Below, piece by piece: positions 40,537-53,017 of a stretch of DNA of 64,000 bases. The DNA comes from Octopus sinensis (Eukaryota). Within the stretch, counting starts at the first letter, position 1. Each line of letters starts with the position of its first letter. A program made the position numbers and the translations under genes. The notes beneath the pieces were generated by a model, which did no database searches, was not told where the DNA came from, and saw only the letters and a list, made by a program, of their open reading frames with translations. Location: NCBI RefSeq assembly GCF_006345805.1, contig NC_042998.1, forward strand, positions 44,578,001-44,642,000, given 5' to 3'.

Positions 40537-41351
40537 CCCTTTGTTAGTTACATGGGGTGTGTTGACACCCCAACTTTTTTTCAATGCTCGTAATTTCCAG
40601 TTGGCACCTTTTTTTTTAGCTCCCTTCCTCAACTCTTCTTAGTCAGAGTGTGTTGCAGGAGATGTGGCACGGTCGTGGCTCAGTTGCTTATGTAACACCA
40701 TATGCAAAATCATAGTCATTTACATTGCAATGAATAATCATATCTTTAGTTCAAGTTTTGGTTTAATGCGTATTGTAACGGAGATTGCCTTTTATGTTAT
40801 TTTTTTCAATATTAATATTCATCATAGACGTTTAAAAATCCCACTAAATGGTGTATTCTGTGGGTATTTTCAAAATAACTATGATCTGAATCAAAGATTT
40901 TCTTAGTTTTTCCTTCATTTCATAATTTATTTTATTGTACTGTGTTATCATCATAATCATCATCAATTAACGTCCGCTTTCCATGCTAGCATGGGTTGGA
41001 CGATTTGACTGAGGACTGGCGAACCAGATGGCTGCGCCAGGCTCCAATCTGATCTGGCAGAGTTTCTACAGCTGGATGCCTATCCTAACGCCAACCACTC
41101 CGAGAGTGTAGTGGGTATTTTTACATGCCACCGGCACGAGGGCTAGTCTGGCGGTACTGGCTACTGCCACGCTCGAAATGGTGTATTAATCAGCTACCAG
41201 GATTTCAAATTTCTAGGTAGTGATTGCAAATATATCCTGAACCTACAGAATTGAGTATATTCTACATAATACTAAAACTATAAACATTTTTGTGTTGAGG
41301 TGTATAAACACCCCATGTGACTAACCATGTTCGGAAAAATCAGGTGACTAA
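40537..41351. mobile_element. piggyBac-like MITE carrying a nested retroposon
   Basis: Left end TTAA|CCCT. 26-bp inverted repeat ttagttacatggggtgtgttgacacc / ggtgtataaacaccccatgtgactaa. The right terminus is eroded. Confidence 0.55.
40950..41195 (-). mobile_element. Retroposon 3' end with RTE-like (GAT)n tail
   Basis: Minus strand ends cgtccaacccatgctagcatggaaagcggacgttaattgatgatgat. The RTE assignment is from recall of RTE 3' ends. Confidence 0.6.
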
Positions 41352-41356
41352 TTACA

Positions 41357-41790
41357 ATTTTGGCACAAGCCCAGCAATATTTAGTGTAGCTGAAGTCGAT
41401 TATATCGATTCTAGTATTCAAATGGTACTTTTAGCAACCGCAAAATAAAGACGAAAGGACAAGCCGACCTCGGTGGCATTTGAATACAGATCGTAAAAAT
41501 GCGGAACAAATGCTACTAATCATGCTGTCCGGCGTGCTAACGATTATGGTAGCTCACTGCCATAAACATCTACTATATGTAGAAAGCATGAACGTTTGCT
41601 TTTAGGGGCTGAGGTTAGTCAATTACATAGACCCCGGTGCTCACTGATACTTTATTACATCGACCCTGAAAGGGATTAAAGGGAAAGTGGACCTCGGTGA
41701 CATTTGAATACAAACGTAAAAAACCCGGACGAAATGCTACTGAGCATGCTGTCCGGCTTGCTAAATGTTCTACCAACTCCCCACCTTAGA
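41357..41790 (-). mobile_element. Two tandem decayed SINE family A copies
   Basis: Repeated gacctcggtg.catttgaatac...aaatgctact.a.catgctgtccggc.tgcta. Confidence 0.7.
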
Positions 41791-42824
41791 CATCTACTAA
41801 TATAGTGCAATAAAAATAAATATATAAAAGAGTATAACTATTTCTCTTTAACTCCTGGGTATCAATAAGAATGTGAAACATTTTTGCAGATTCAGAAAGA
41901 GGAGAAATTTTCTAAATTACTAGAACTTGGGATAGATTACATTACAGTATTTGTTCCGACACTTGGTGTTATGAGTTCAAACCCTTCTATGAGGCCAAAT
42001 ATAAGTGTTATCCTTCCGCATTTGATTAAAGAAAAAAACTACCAGCCCATAGTAGTGGAGTGGCCTATCTGAAAGAAAGTTGTGTATTTTGCAGTTGTTG
42101 TTCCAGGTCATTGCTTTGTAAGTCCATATCCTGCTGCGGCATACGAGGGTGAGACCAATAATTTGTCATGCGGTTTAATAGCTTAACCTGGCATTTTTGG
42201 TGCCTTTAGCGGCATCTAATATGTTGCATGGATCTGGGTCGTGTTTTCGGTTTCAGAATACTTCACTCCCTTCCACTAGATATCGAGGCCATGTGAAGTG
42301 ACTTGGGCGGTGTTTTGTATACTGGTTAGAAATTTAGGTTGGTGAAATTTTGCCAACTTTCATTAAAGCTGTTTCCTGCAAGTGGGGCATATCTTCTAAT
42401 TTTTTTTTATTATCTTTAAAATATATCTACCGTTAAAGCTATATGAACGAATCAAATTCTTATAGAAGAACATTGATACAAATTAGAAGTGGATGATTTT
42501 TAACATTTTCGTACGTTCTTTCTGTTATCCATATCATAGATATTAGCATTAGTTTCATTTCCAACTTTGGTTAGTTTTGGGTTCCTTTTGAAAGATTTAT
42601 AATTTCTTGAATGATCCTACTTCAATTTGTCAGGTGAATATTTCTAGCCGGCGAGAGTTACATATAAAACCACCCTTAGCAGATGTTTTTCTTTCGTTAT
42701 ACGAATTATTGTTGCCATATATGACGAAGGACTATATCCAAAACGTTATACTTATACTCTATAATTTTTACCTGATGACTTATTGTTCTTCTTTGAACAT
42801 CAGCCTTATAGTATAAATTGTAAG

Positions 42825-43022
42825 CTAAAGCTGGATCATTAGCACTCCGGGCAAAACGCATAGAAGCGTCGTTACGTTGTGAGTTCAAATTTCGTCGAGG
42901 TCAACTTTACCTTTTCTTCATTCGGAGTCGATACAAGTGTCAGTGGGATACTTGGGTCGATGTAATTGACTTACCCCTCCCTTACCTGTTATTGCTGGCT
43001 TTGTGCCAAAATCTGGTACCAA
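42825..43022 (+). mobile_element. SINE family A
   Basis: cattagcactccgggcaaaacgc...gagttcaaatttcgtcgaggtcaac...gggtcgatgtaattgac. Confidence 0.75.
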
Positions 43023-43339
43023 TATTAACTTGTGATCTTTCTATTTGATTTCGTTTTGTATTGTTATTGATTTGCATTATTCGTAAAATGTTCTTCATAT
43101 GCATCCATATATAAAAGCCTATATTTAGTGATCAACTTCCTTCTTGTTGTCTTTGCTGCGCTGATAACTACGGATAACATCGAAACATGGTGTTTTAATG
43201 TCGCTTCTTAACACTATTCTTTGAGCCATTTGCACTCATGCAAAAGAAATATTTTCTTAAATTTTATTCTCCTACATGCTTCAGTCTTTTAGACTAAGTT
43301 CATGCTGGGGGATTTTGTCTTGAAAGGATTTTGTCGAAC

Positions 43340-43668
43340 GAATTGACTCCAGAACTTAATTGTTTTAAGCTAGCATATATTGGTGTCTTTTGCCGAAACA
43401 GTAAGTTATGGAGACATAAACAAACAAACTCCGGTTGTTAATCTATGAAAGAAAACAAACACAAACGCAAAAGCCCAAACACACAAACCTATATGTGTAT
43501 GTGTGTGACGTGCTTCTTTCAGTTTCCATCCACCAAATTCACTCACAAGTTTTTGATCGGTCCGGTGCTATAATAGAAAGAACTTGCTTAAGGTGCCATG
43601 CAGTGGGACTTCACCCGGAACCATGTCGTTAGAAAGCAAACTTCTTACTTCACAACCATGCCTGCACC
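43340..43668 (-). mobile_element. SINE family B, decayed
   Basis: cttctttcagtttccatccaccaaattcactcacaag...gtgccatgcagtgggacttcacccggaaccatg. Confidence 0.7.
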
Positions 43669-44205
43669 TCCACAGACTCACGTCTGAGTTACGAATCAAT
43701 GCTTTGATGATGTGTTCTTTTTTTCCCCCTCAAGCTGAGAAAATCTCACATCATTAAAATTTTCCTAATAGTATTCAATATATTTATACATGTACCGTTT
43801 GTTTTATTTGATTTATTTCTCACAGCTCAATTTCATATTTGTTTGTTATATAAATTGGTTGATTCTTACAGCGTTATCAGAAACATCGAAATGATTACAA
43901 ATTAGTTCAAGTGCACCAGAAAACTTTTGGCGCGGCTTACTTGCATACAGATTGTATTTATAACTATCCATTATAATGTTGTCACTTTAGTGCAAGAAGA
44001 ATCCATATATTGAATAAGAATCCATATAATAACCATAGTTATATTATTTTCCTTGCAATATGTTGGGTAAAAGGTAATTTATTAATTGAAGAGAAGAAAA
44101 AAAGCTAGTTGCCTTAGGAGTGTGACAGGGACGGTAAAATAAGTGAAAGACTATTGAGGAAAAAATTATTAATCGTATCGGAGTCAAGATTTATGAGTAT
44201 GAGTA

Positions 44206-44345
44206 TATGTATGTATGTATGTACGTATGTATGTATGTATGTATGTATGTATGTATGTATGTATGTATGTATGTATGTACGTATGTATGTATGTATGTAT
44301 GTATGTATGTATGTATGTATGTATGTATGTACGTATGTATGTATG

Positions 44346-44377
<32 letters not shown>

Positions 44378-44390
44378 TGTATGTATGTGT
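44206..44390. repeat. (TATG)n microsatellite
   Basis: Read directly from the sequence. Confidence 0.95.
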
Positions 44391-44894
44391 GTGTGTACGT
44401 ACGTTTGTATGTATATATGTATGTATGGATGGATGCATGCATCTATACATCTATGTAAATATATACGTGTGTATGTAAGCATGTAGGTATTCATGCATGT
44501 ATGTATGTATATATGTTTATATGTATGCATATATATGTGTATGTATGTGTACATGCATGCATGTATATATTATTACTAGGGGACAAACACTGATACAAAG
44601 ATACACACACTGACTTATGTGTGTGTGCGTATATATATATATATATATACAGAGAGAGAGAGAGAGAGAGAGGCAGGCAGACAGACAGACAGAGAAAGAG
44701 AAAGGGCGACAGAGTGAGTGAAAATCTCATTTCTGTAATTTAGCAAGAATATGTAATAGTCATTGTTATTTCACAAAATGTGCTTAGATTTAGTGATTAC
44801 TACTGACAAGATTATATCGTTGCTTACCCAAATTATGATATTCATAATACTTTATATGCATCTATCATCATTTTAGGTAGCGATTTTCTTCACT

Positions 44895-45222
44895 ACTTCA
44901 GGGAGTGACGACCCTGCTTGACACGAGTCCCGGGCTCAGCTGACTCTGGCTGACAGTACCCGGTATGGGCTCCTCTCCAGTGTTACGGAAAGGAGACAAC
45001 CTTCAAAGAAATCCGGAGTAGAGCCCCGTAGACGGTTTAACGTTCGACTCGACACTCTTCCGGCAGCTCCTGCAACCAACCTGGTGCCAAACGTAATGCT
45101 CTGCACTCCTCTGGACTACGTCAGCAACGTCGAGAGAGGAATCCTGATGATTGGGCTACCCAGGATTTTCTTGCATCTAGCCCAGGGCTGCGCAAGACTG
45201 GAGAGGAAACTGGAGAGGACAT
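44895..45222 (+). mobile_element. GC-rich non-coding repeat fragment, possibly the 5' UTR of an RTE-like LINE
   Basis: Sharp GC-rich island with no ORF. The family call is from recall only. Confidence 0.3.
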
Positions 45223-45774
45223 GAAATGTAAAAATGAGATTGGAATAGTTTATGCGCAACCTCATTGTCTCCCGAGACAAAATAATGCCAACAATCTATC
45301 ATCATTCAGTTATATCAATGCGTTACATACAAAGAAATGCTATTATAATGTTTTAGTGTCATTACTGATCTATTTAAATAACATTTATATTGTTATCCAC
45401 CAAAATTGTATAATCCCATAATAATTGGTAGGTTAAATACATTTATTAAGTTGACAGAAAAGTGACTATAGAATGGACCTGCTTATCCAGATGGAATGTT
45501 ATAGAGTAAGTGGAAAACGATTGGTAGAGTGACATGGAGAGATGCATTTTCTTTAGAACAAAAATGGGGATACCTTTAGATAGATATATGCAGGGATATT
45601 CAGATATATGTACATTAGTGCGGAATAAAAGAATACATATGCATAATGAACGTGTGGGAGTGAAAAATTATTGATTTGATATCATGCTATGAAGCGAGAG
45701 AAATCGTCAGTATGGATATGGATAACTATAGGTGGCAGTGTGTGTATACATATAGATAGATAGATAGATAGATA

Positions 45775-46857
45775 TGTTTCTTTATTAGCCACACAGGGCT
45801 GCACACAGATAGAACAAATTACAAGGTAGAGCTTTTCTTTTGAAGGTTTAAAAAAAAAAAAAAAAAGGAAGGGGGAGTTTCGATCAAAAGGGATCGTAAA
45901 AGGAGAGAAAGAGGACAAAAAAAGGGGGGGTTAAAAAAAAAAAAAAAATTGATCAATAGGGATCGTTATCACAGAAATGTCAATATGAAGTGTAAAGGGG
46001 AGGACAGGTGAGGTTTACCCGTGGAACGAAAAGCCTACGGAAAAGACAACGGTAACCTCGGTCAATGAAGTCACATTTTATATTCCTTTTTTTTTTTTTT
46101 TTTTTTTTTGCAAATAAGCAACTCTCTGTTTTCGATTTCTGGGTTCATAGGACTATGCTCAAGGTGGCTTCGTCATTCATACGTGCCATTCTTGCTACAT
46201 TCACCCATCTTTTTTTAAAACATTCGCTAGACAAAATTTGCCTCTCTACTCTCACTTTCCTTTTCAAGTGGTACTTGAAGAAGTTGATGAGAGATTGACC
46301 AGAGAGGAAAGTGTTTGTCTCCAATCCTTTCAGACGCGTCCACCAGATACATTCTTTCGCCATAGCCACAAGGATGATGAAAATAGCTCTTCCTTCCCGT
46401 TTGAAGGAAGGAGGCGTGACAATATTGACGATAGACTCAGCTGATAAACCGACTCGTCCCACACGTGACAGCAGTTGTTCGACATAAGCCCACAGGTCGG
46501 AAATTGTTGGACACTGAACGAGTGCGTGCAGAACGGTTTCGTCGCTCTGACCGCATCTCGGGCAGGTCGGCCCCGTGTTTCTCGAGCCGTGTCTGTAGAG
46601 CTTATCCCGAACGGGTAGTGCTTCTCGGTAGCACTGCCAGGCCAGGGATCTCTGGAAGTTGTCCATGGGCCCTGGCCCGAAAGTCGTCCCGAACAGGCGG
46701 GTCAGGTACTCCTCGTCGACGTCCAGGTTCGCCCCGAGCTCGTCGTCGTACCTCCCCTCCACTAAACCCCTATAGAATGCTTTGGTTGTGTTGAAGTCAC
46801 TTAAGGTCGACCCAGGACGGCAGAGTTGCTTGAGAGCAACGCGACACTCGCGGTGCC
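45775..46857 (-). mobile_element. 5'-truncated L1/Tx1-like LINE (ORF2 C-terminus and 3' UTR) inserted in (GATA)n
   Basis: About 237 open codons with a zf-RVT-like knuckle AWQCYREALPV...CPRCGQSDETVLHALVQC...LW, stop at 46145-46147. The 3' UTR ends aataaagaaaca. (ATAG)n lies at 45753-45774 and 46858-46948. Confidence 0.92.
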
Positions 46858-46949
<92 letters not shown>

Positions 46950-47764
46950 TGAGAGAGAGGGAGAGAGAGATGCACTGGTAGACAGTTAGAGAGATAGATA
47001 TTTCTATATATACACTATGAACATGCGCGCTTGCCTGTCTATGTGTGTGTGTATGCGTGTGTTACTGTCGAATAATTTTTTCCTGTTAGATAACATCAAT
47101 TAATGACTGGTGGGAACCAAGAACAGCAAAAATTAAGCTTACGAAGAGACTGGCAGACAAGCTGGTATCTCGCTGGTCTAATAAATTGGCAACGTGTCCT
47201 TTGAACAAAATGATTGCAAACTAAAGAGATAAAGAATTCTTCTGGTGTAAATTTTGACATGTTAATCTTTCTTCATACAAAGCGAGATAAATTTTTGCTA
47301 AACAAAACAAGAGAAAGAGGTCTTGTTAATTTATATTTTACACTATTGATTTTTTTTGTTTCCATTCGTTAATTTTGATCTATTCTTTATATAATTTGCA
47401 TTTTTTTTTGCTTTTTATTTCCATTAAACTATTTGGTATCGTTTATTATTTGTGTCTATTTGAATGTACGCTTAACTCTTTATCAAGAGAATACTAAGAA
47501 TATAATATGGTTATAAAACAATGGGAAACTATTGGTGATCCAGCAGTAATTTCAAAACCACTCACCTGATGACGTGCGAGTACACGGCTATTGCTGGATC
47601 ATATTTATATAATATTTATATAATATTTATATAACAGTATGTGAAACACACTGTTACAAATGCACAGAAACAATTGTTGTGATTTGGATTAAAGCCTGTT
47701 TGTACCATCTTCCTGTATTATAAATTATATATAAATGTTCATATATGTACATGCATATATATAT

Positions 47765-47845
<81 letters not shown>

Positions 47846-47851
47846 CTGTGT

Positions 47852-47882
<31 letters not shown>

Positions 47883-48087
47883 CACACGCCTGTGTGTATA
47901 GTATATAATGTGTTTTTATATAAATATATGAATGTAATATGTATATAAGTATACGTACATATTTACTTGTGTGTATGTATGTATGTACGTATGTATGTGT
48001 GTGCGTGTGTGTTTTTTTATATAGATATATGAATGTAACATGTATGTAAGTATACGTATAGATATACTTATGTGTATGCACAGTCAA

Positions 48088-48118
<31 letters not shown>

Positions 48119-49909
48119 AAATGTGTGCATGTATGTACGCACGTATGTATGAGTGTGTATGTGCGTGTATGTGTGTGTATGTGTGTGTCCGTACGTCTGT
48201 GCGTTCGTGCGTACTTAAATGGAAGAAATGACTGCTTCAATTTACACTGCAAACGAGCGAATGAGATTTTTACTTCCTGCTCAATAAACGATCCAGACAT
48301 GCTTGTTATCTCGTCCTACCCTGATAAACCTCGCACCTCCACGGTAGTATTGATTTTATGCTCTTTACTGCTGCGCTAAAATACCGTTCACCTGATCATT
48401 AAAAAAAAAAATGTGGTAACTTTGTTATTCCGTTCATTTCCTTTTGATCGTTTGACAGCGTAAAATCTCGAGTTTCTTTTTCCGTCCTTTCGTATTTATT
48501 CGTCTCTCTTTCTTCTTCGGACTTACTCTCTCTCTATTTCTGTCTCTGTCTGTCTGCCTGTCTCTTTCTTTCTTCCTCTTTCTATCGTTCGTTATTTCTC
48601 TCTCATCTGTTTCTCTTTCTCTCTTCTCTCTTATAAATAACCCAGAATAAGTCTCCCAGTCTTATTTTTTATCTTTCTCCTTATATTTGTCCATCACACA
48701 TTTTACACAGCAACATACTTTCTATCGATTCTCTTTCCATTTTCCGTCTTTTTTCTGCTCATATTAGTATTTCACTCTTTTTAGTTTAATTGCATATACC
48801 TTCATATCTCACTCGTCTCACTCTCTCTATAGCTTTTCCCCACCTTCACACTTTCACCTTCGTGAAATATTTCACTATTCCCTAATCTTTCACTGTGTAG
48901 CTTTCCAGTTCATTCTGCTTATTTTCTTCCACTCACCATCATTAATCTTTCGTTTCCTCTACTCTTTCTATCTTTCTATTAATATATCATCCAATGTATC
49001 TCTTCCTTTCTTTTTCCGTCTCTCCTTCTCTATTTCTCTCTCTCTCTCTCTCTTTCACTTACTTGAATCACGTATCCATATGAACATGCAAGCGCACATT
49101 TATAAACAGAAATATCAACCATGATGAGTTCATCTTAAATAAATGACACACACAATTTGCTAAATATTGAAAAATGTTCACTCCATAAAACTCATCGTTT
49201 TAGTTATGGACTTAATGTATTTTTCGCTATTTTAGACAAAAATGTTGTTCTTTTTATAATTGAAATTCACTAACTAAAGGTAGCATTTTTTTATTAATTT
49301 TATTTTAATCATTAGTTACTTTCATCTTACCGCACTACGCTTGATGGACACATTGAAATTAACCCCTAATTAGGCATAATGCTCCTGGATATGATATAAT
49401 AGAGAGATAATTGAGCAAGTAGTGCACTCCTCTAATAATTACACGATTTCCATATTTGAAAGATTGTATTTTTATCTGATCTGCAGGTTTATATTCTGCT
49501 CATAACAACGAAAACGCATATAATATTATATCTCAAAATTATATGCGATTCCATAACTGAGAGCTTATCTGCATTTTGTATATATTTGTCATAATAAACC
49601 TTTTGAAGTGTTGGAGCTTTACTGAGAGAAGTACGACGCTATAACAAAGCATTTACATGTTTTTAGCACCACGTCTAGAAATTACAAGTTCAAATACAGC
49701 TGGTTCGATTTCATCTTTAATCAGTCCAGAATGAGGTACCCGTAGTATACTAGCTTTAGATTAGCTGAATATCCGCCTACATTTGAAAACTTAGACTTAG
49801 GCATCAGAAGCGAGATAACTACTATTTTCTCAGTTAATGTGTGTGTGCGTGTGTGCGTGTATTTATGTATGTATGCGGATGTCTACGGGCACGTGTATAA
49901 GATATATAA

Positions 49910-50020
<111 letters not shown>

Positions 50021-50704
50021 TGAAGAAAGAGGGAGTGAGGTTGGTCAATATAGTCTTCATTTGATGTGTCGTAACCGTGATTGATAACACACATGATTAA
50101 AAGTGTTCGCGCCGTGACCATCAAGTCTTTGTTTAGCCCCAGATCAGCTCCAGTCAAGCAAGCCTAAGATCAAAGGAGTTTCGGTTGTGGTCATACCGTT
50201 TTTTGATTTGTTTTTGCTTTTTTTTTTATCCTTTCCTTTTATGACACTAGCTTGCTATTTATTTGTCGACTCATTCTATATTCACTACAACATTTGATTA
50301 TATACGTGAGAGAAAAATAACGTAGATAAATAAAACCCTCTAACGGTAATCATTGTTTAAAAAAAACTCATACTGTAATGTTACTGATAAAATCAAATAT
50401 CAATTTCTGTGTATTTCGAAGTTTTCTATCGGAAAACAGCAACATCTGTCAATGGTTTATTGACTGTATTGAATCTAGGTGAAGTGAGTGGTGTTATATC
50501 TGATAATGCGTAACTCTGCGGGATTAGCGATGTGGGGAAAATATACTAACTAGATACAGGAATCGAAAACCGATCACAGATCTGTTGGTGGGAACTTTTG
50601 AATATATGAAATACTTGAGACGTTGTTGAGTCGTTCTAATTTGATGCTTATACGTAAGACCTGGTGGTTTGATTCGAAATGTATATCTATATAGAGAGAG
50701 ATAC

Positions 50705-51117
50705 GGATCTTTTCAGCTTGAACGGCAGTTTTTCTAGCAGTGTCATATGAAATTGTCACCCATAATTATGACCCTAGTATCGATCTATTGCATTTCAATC
50801 TGTTTTAGGGTTAGGGTTAGGGGTGGGGGAAGGATATCTTTTTTCTTCACAAATGTAAATAAACTTAATTTGTTTCTTAAACGAGGGACATATTCATACG
50901 ACACAGATTGTTTTTTTACCTCAATGGACGTCATTGATTGGTTGAAATTGCAGAAATTGAAGAAAAAACAACAAATATCTTACAAACTATAGACTTTTCT
51001 CAATAAAACCAAGAGAAAAATATGTTTTATAAACACTTTCTACCAGTATACGAAGTTTAAAATTTTTTAGTTACCTAGAAATTATGTTAAAAACTGCCGT
51101 TCAAACCAAAAAGATCC
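50705..51117. mobile_element. MITE, probably Merlin superfamily
   Basis: 29-bp TIRs ggatcttttcagcttgaacggcagttttt / ggatctttttggtttgaacggcagttttt. Perfect 8-bp TSD agagatac at 50697-50704 and 51118-51125. TIRs start with GG. Confidence 0.9.
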
Positions 51118-52405
51118 AGAGATACTACAAAGAATGGTACGACCGCGAAACAACAACTGGTGCACGTATTAAAATTAATATATTTGGTTTAGACTTATCT
51201 GGCACTTCGAAAAGGGGATCACCTTTTCTCGACAAAGAAACCATAAAGAAAGAATGAATTCATGTCTGCTGTAGCTGGAAAAAAACCTCGATGCTTGAAT
51301 GTTATTGCTTAGATAAAAAAAAAAATTTGTTCTCAGATATATTCGTGTCATCTGAAGCTGAATAGATGTGAAAATCATCCGACGTGGAATGGAAGCTTAT
51401 ATGATTACCAACTGAATTCATTCCATTCCTTATTATCCTTCTGGCCAGTGTAAGACATAAGATTAATCCAATTATTTATATTCCGCCTGTATAAGAAAAT
51501 AAGGTTAATCCATTTATTTATATTCTGTTCCAAATGTAATGTATATATTCATTTGCATATTGCGTTGAACAGTTAAAATATGTCGGGCAAAAGGATGATA
51601 TATGCATGTCTTTATGAACCACACAAGCGAATGTGACTTGTTACTGTGAACATGCGTTAGCTAATTGTTTTAGATGGGAGCGTAGTTACAAGGAGGTTAC
51701 ACAACCATCTAAAACCCTCTTGGTTCTCCCACACATTTAGACAAAGGGATATCGAGGAAATAACAGATTGAAAGCAAGACAGAACTAATAAAGCATTGGG
51801 CTGGTAAACATTTTCATATATGCATATGAATAACATATATGTTATATGAATAACATTTTCATATATGCATATGAATAACATCTGCGTTCAACTCCATTTA
51901 TTTACTTATACTATACAAATTACTGCACATTAACCCGGAGTTTCTGAATAGGTCGCTACATCCTTGTTACTTGCGTGAATTTTGCTACCCTGGTAAGTGT
52001 TTATTGAATTTTCCGTGTTAACTGTAAACAAAGGATAATTCATTCATCCATTTATATATATATACACCCGCGCACACTTATATAAGAATGTATGCACGTA
52101 TGGGGGTGTGCGCGTGTGCATGCGTGTGTGTGTGTGTAATTTTCTTTTCCTCAATTGAAATAATGTTATTGACTCTCTGAGCATCGTAGCATATATGTTT
52201 AATATACATGCTTTGGATTGGTGAAGTGTCGCTTTAATAATTGACCTACATATAACCAATCATTTTTTCTTTAATTAATTGGTGAAACATTTACACCGCT
52301 GCTCGAACACTATGGTAGCCAGTATCCTACAAGAAGTGCTACTGCGGTGACCGCCTAGATTTTTCTTATCCCTTAAATATGTAACATGTGTATGCATAAA
52401 TATGT

Positions 52406-52510
<105 letters not shown>

Positions 52511-53017
52511 ATGCATGCATGTACGTATGTATGCATGTATTTATGTGTGTATTTATATATAAAGGATCTGTCTTTCATCGACTGAAGACGTACTTTTCAT
52601 AGTTCCCGTCAAGTCAGTAGCCAAAGAAGCATATTTCAACTCAAGCCAGCAGAAACTCTCCTTGTTTTTAGTCCCAGAACTTTTGAATTCTACAATTCTA
52701 CTATTCTACTCTTTTACTACCATCGGAGGATAAATTTATACAAATCTATATACAACCTGGAGAAAGAAATATAAACCAAAACTAAACCCAAGACTAGTTC
52801 TAAAACTAGTCCCGTCAGTACAATTCTTTTTTCTTGATCTGTATTAAACACACCGCTCATCCTGATTTGTACTAAATACACTGAACTCTCCTACACACAC
52901 TCAGATATAGCCACGCATTTCCGAATATATCGACTCAAACTTTTCAACGGTGTATTCACTATTATACATCAAGCCATCAATAACTGACGTACAGTGTATA
53001 ATACTGTCCCACTGAAT

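Noticed and set aside
42143-42165. tacgagggtgagacc as a mariner TIR
   Set aside because: No matching opposite TIR was found.
47536-47601. CTGATGA plus a cgtg/cacg stem inside a 13-bp inverted repeat, as a hammerhead
   Set aside because: No GAAA or stem III follows stem II. At best a truncated remnant.
51820-51880. Short tandem duplication of cattttcatatatgcatatgaataacat
   Set aside because: An ordinary local slippage duplication, not an array. No CRISPR-like repeat-spacer structure exists anywhere in the window.
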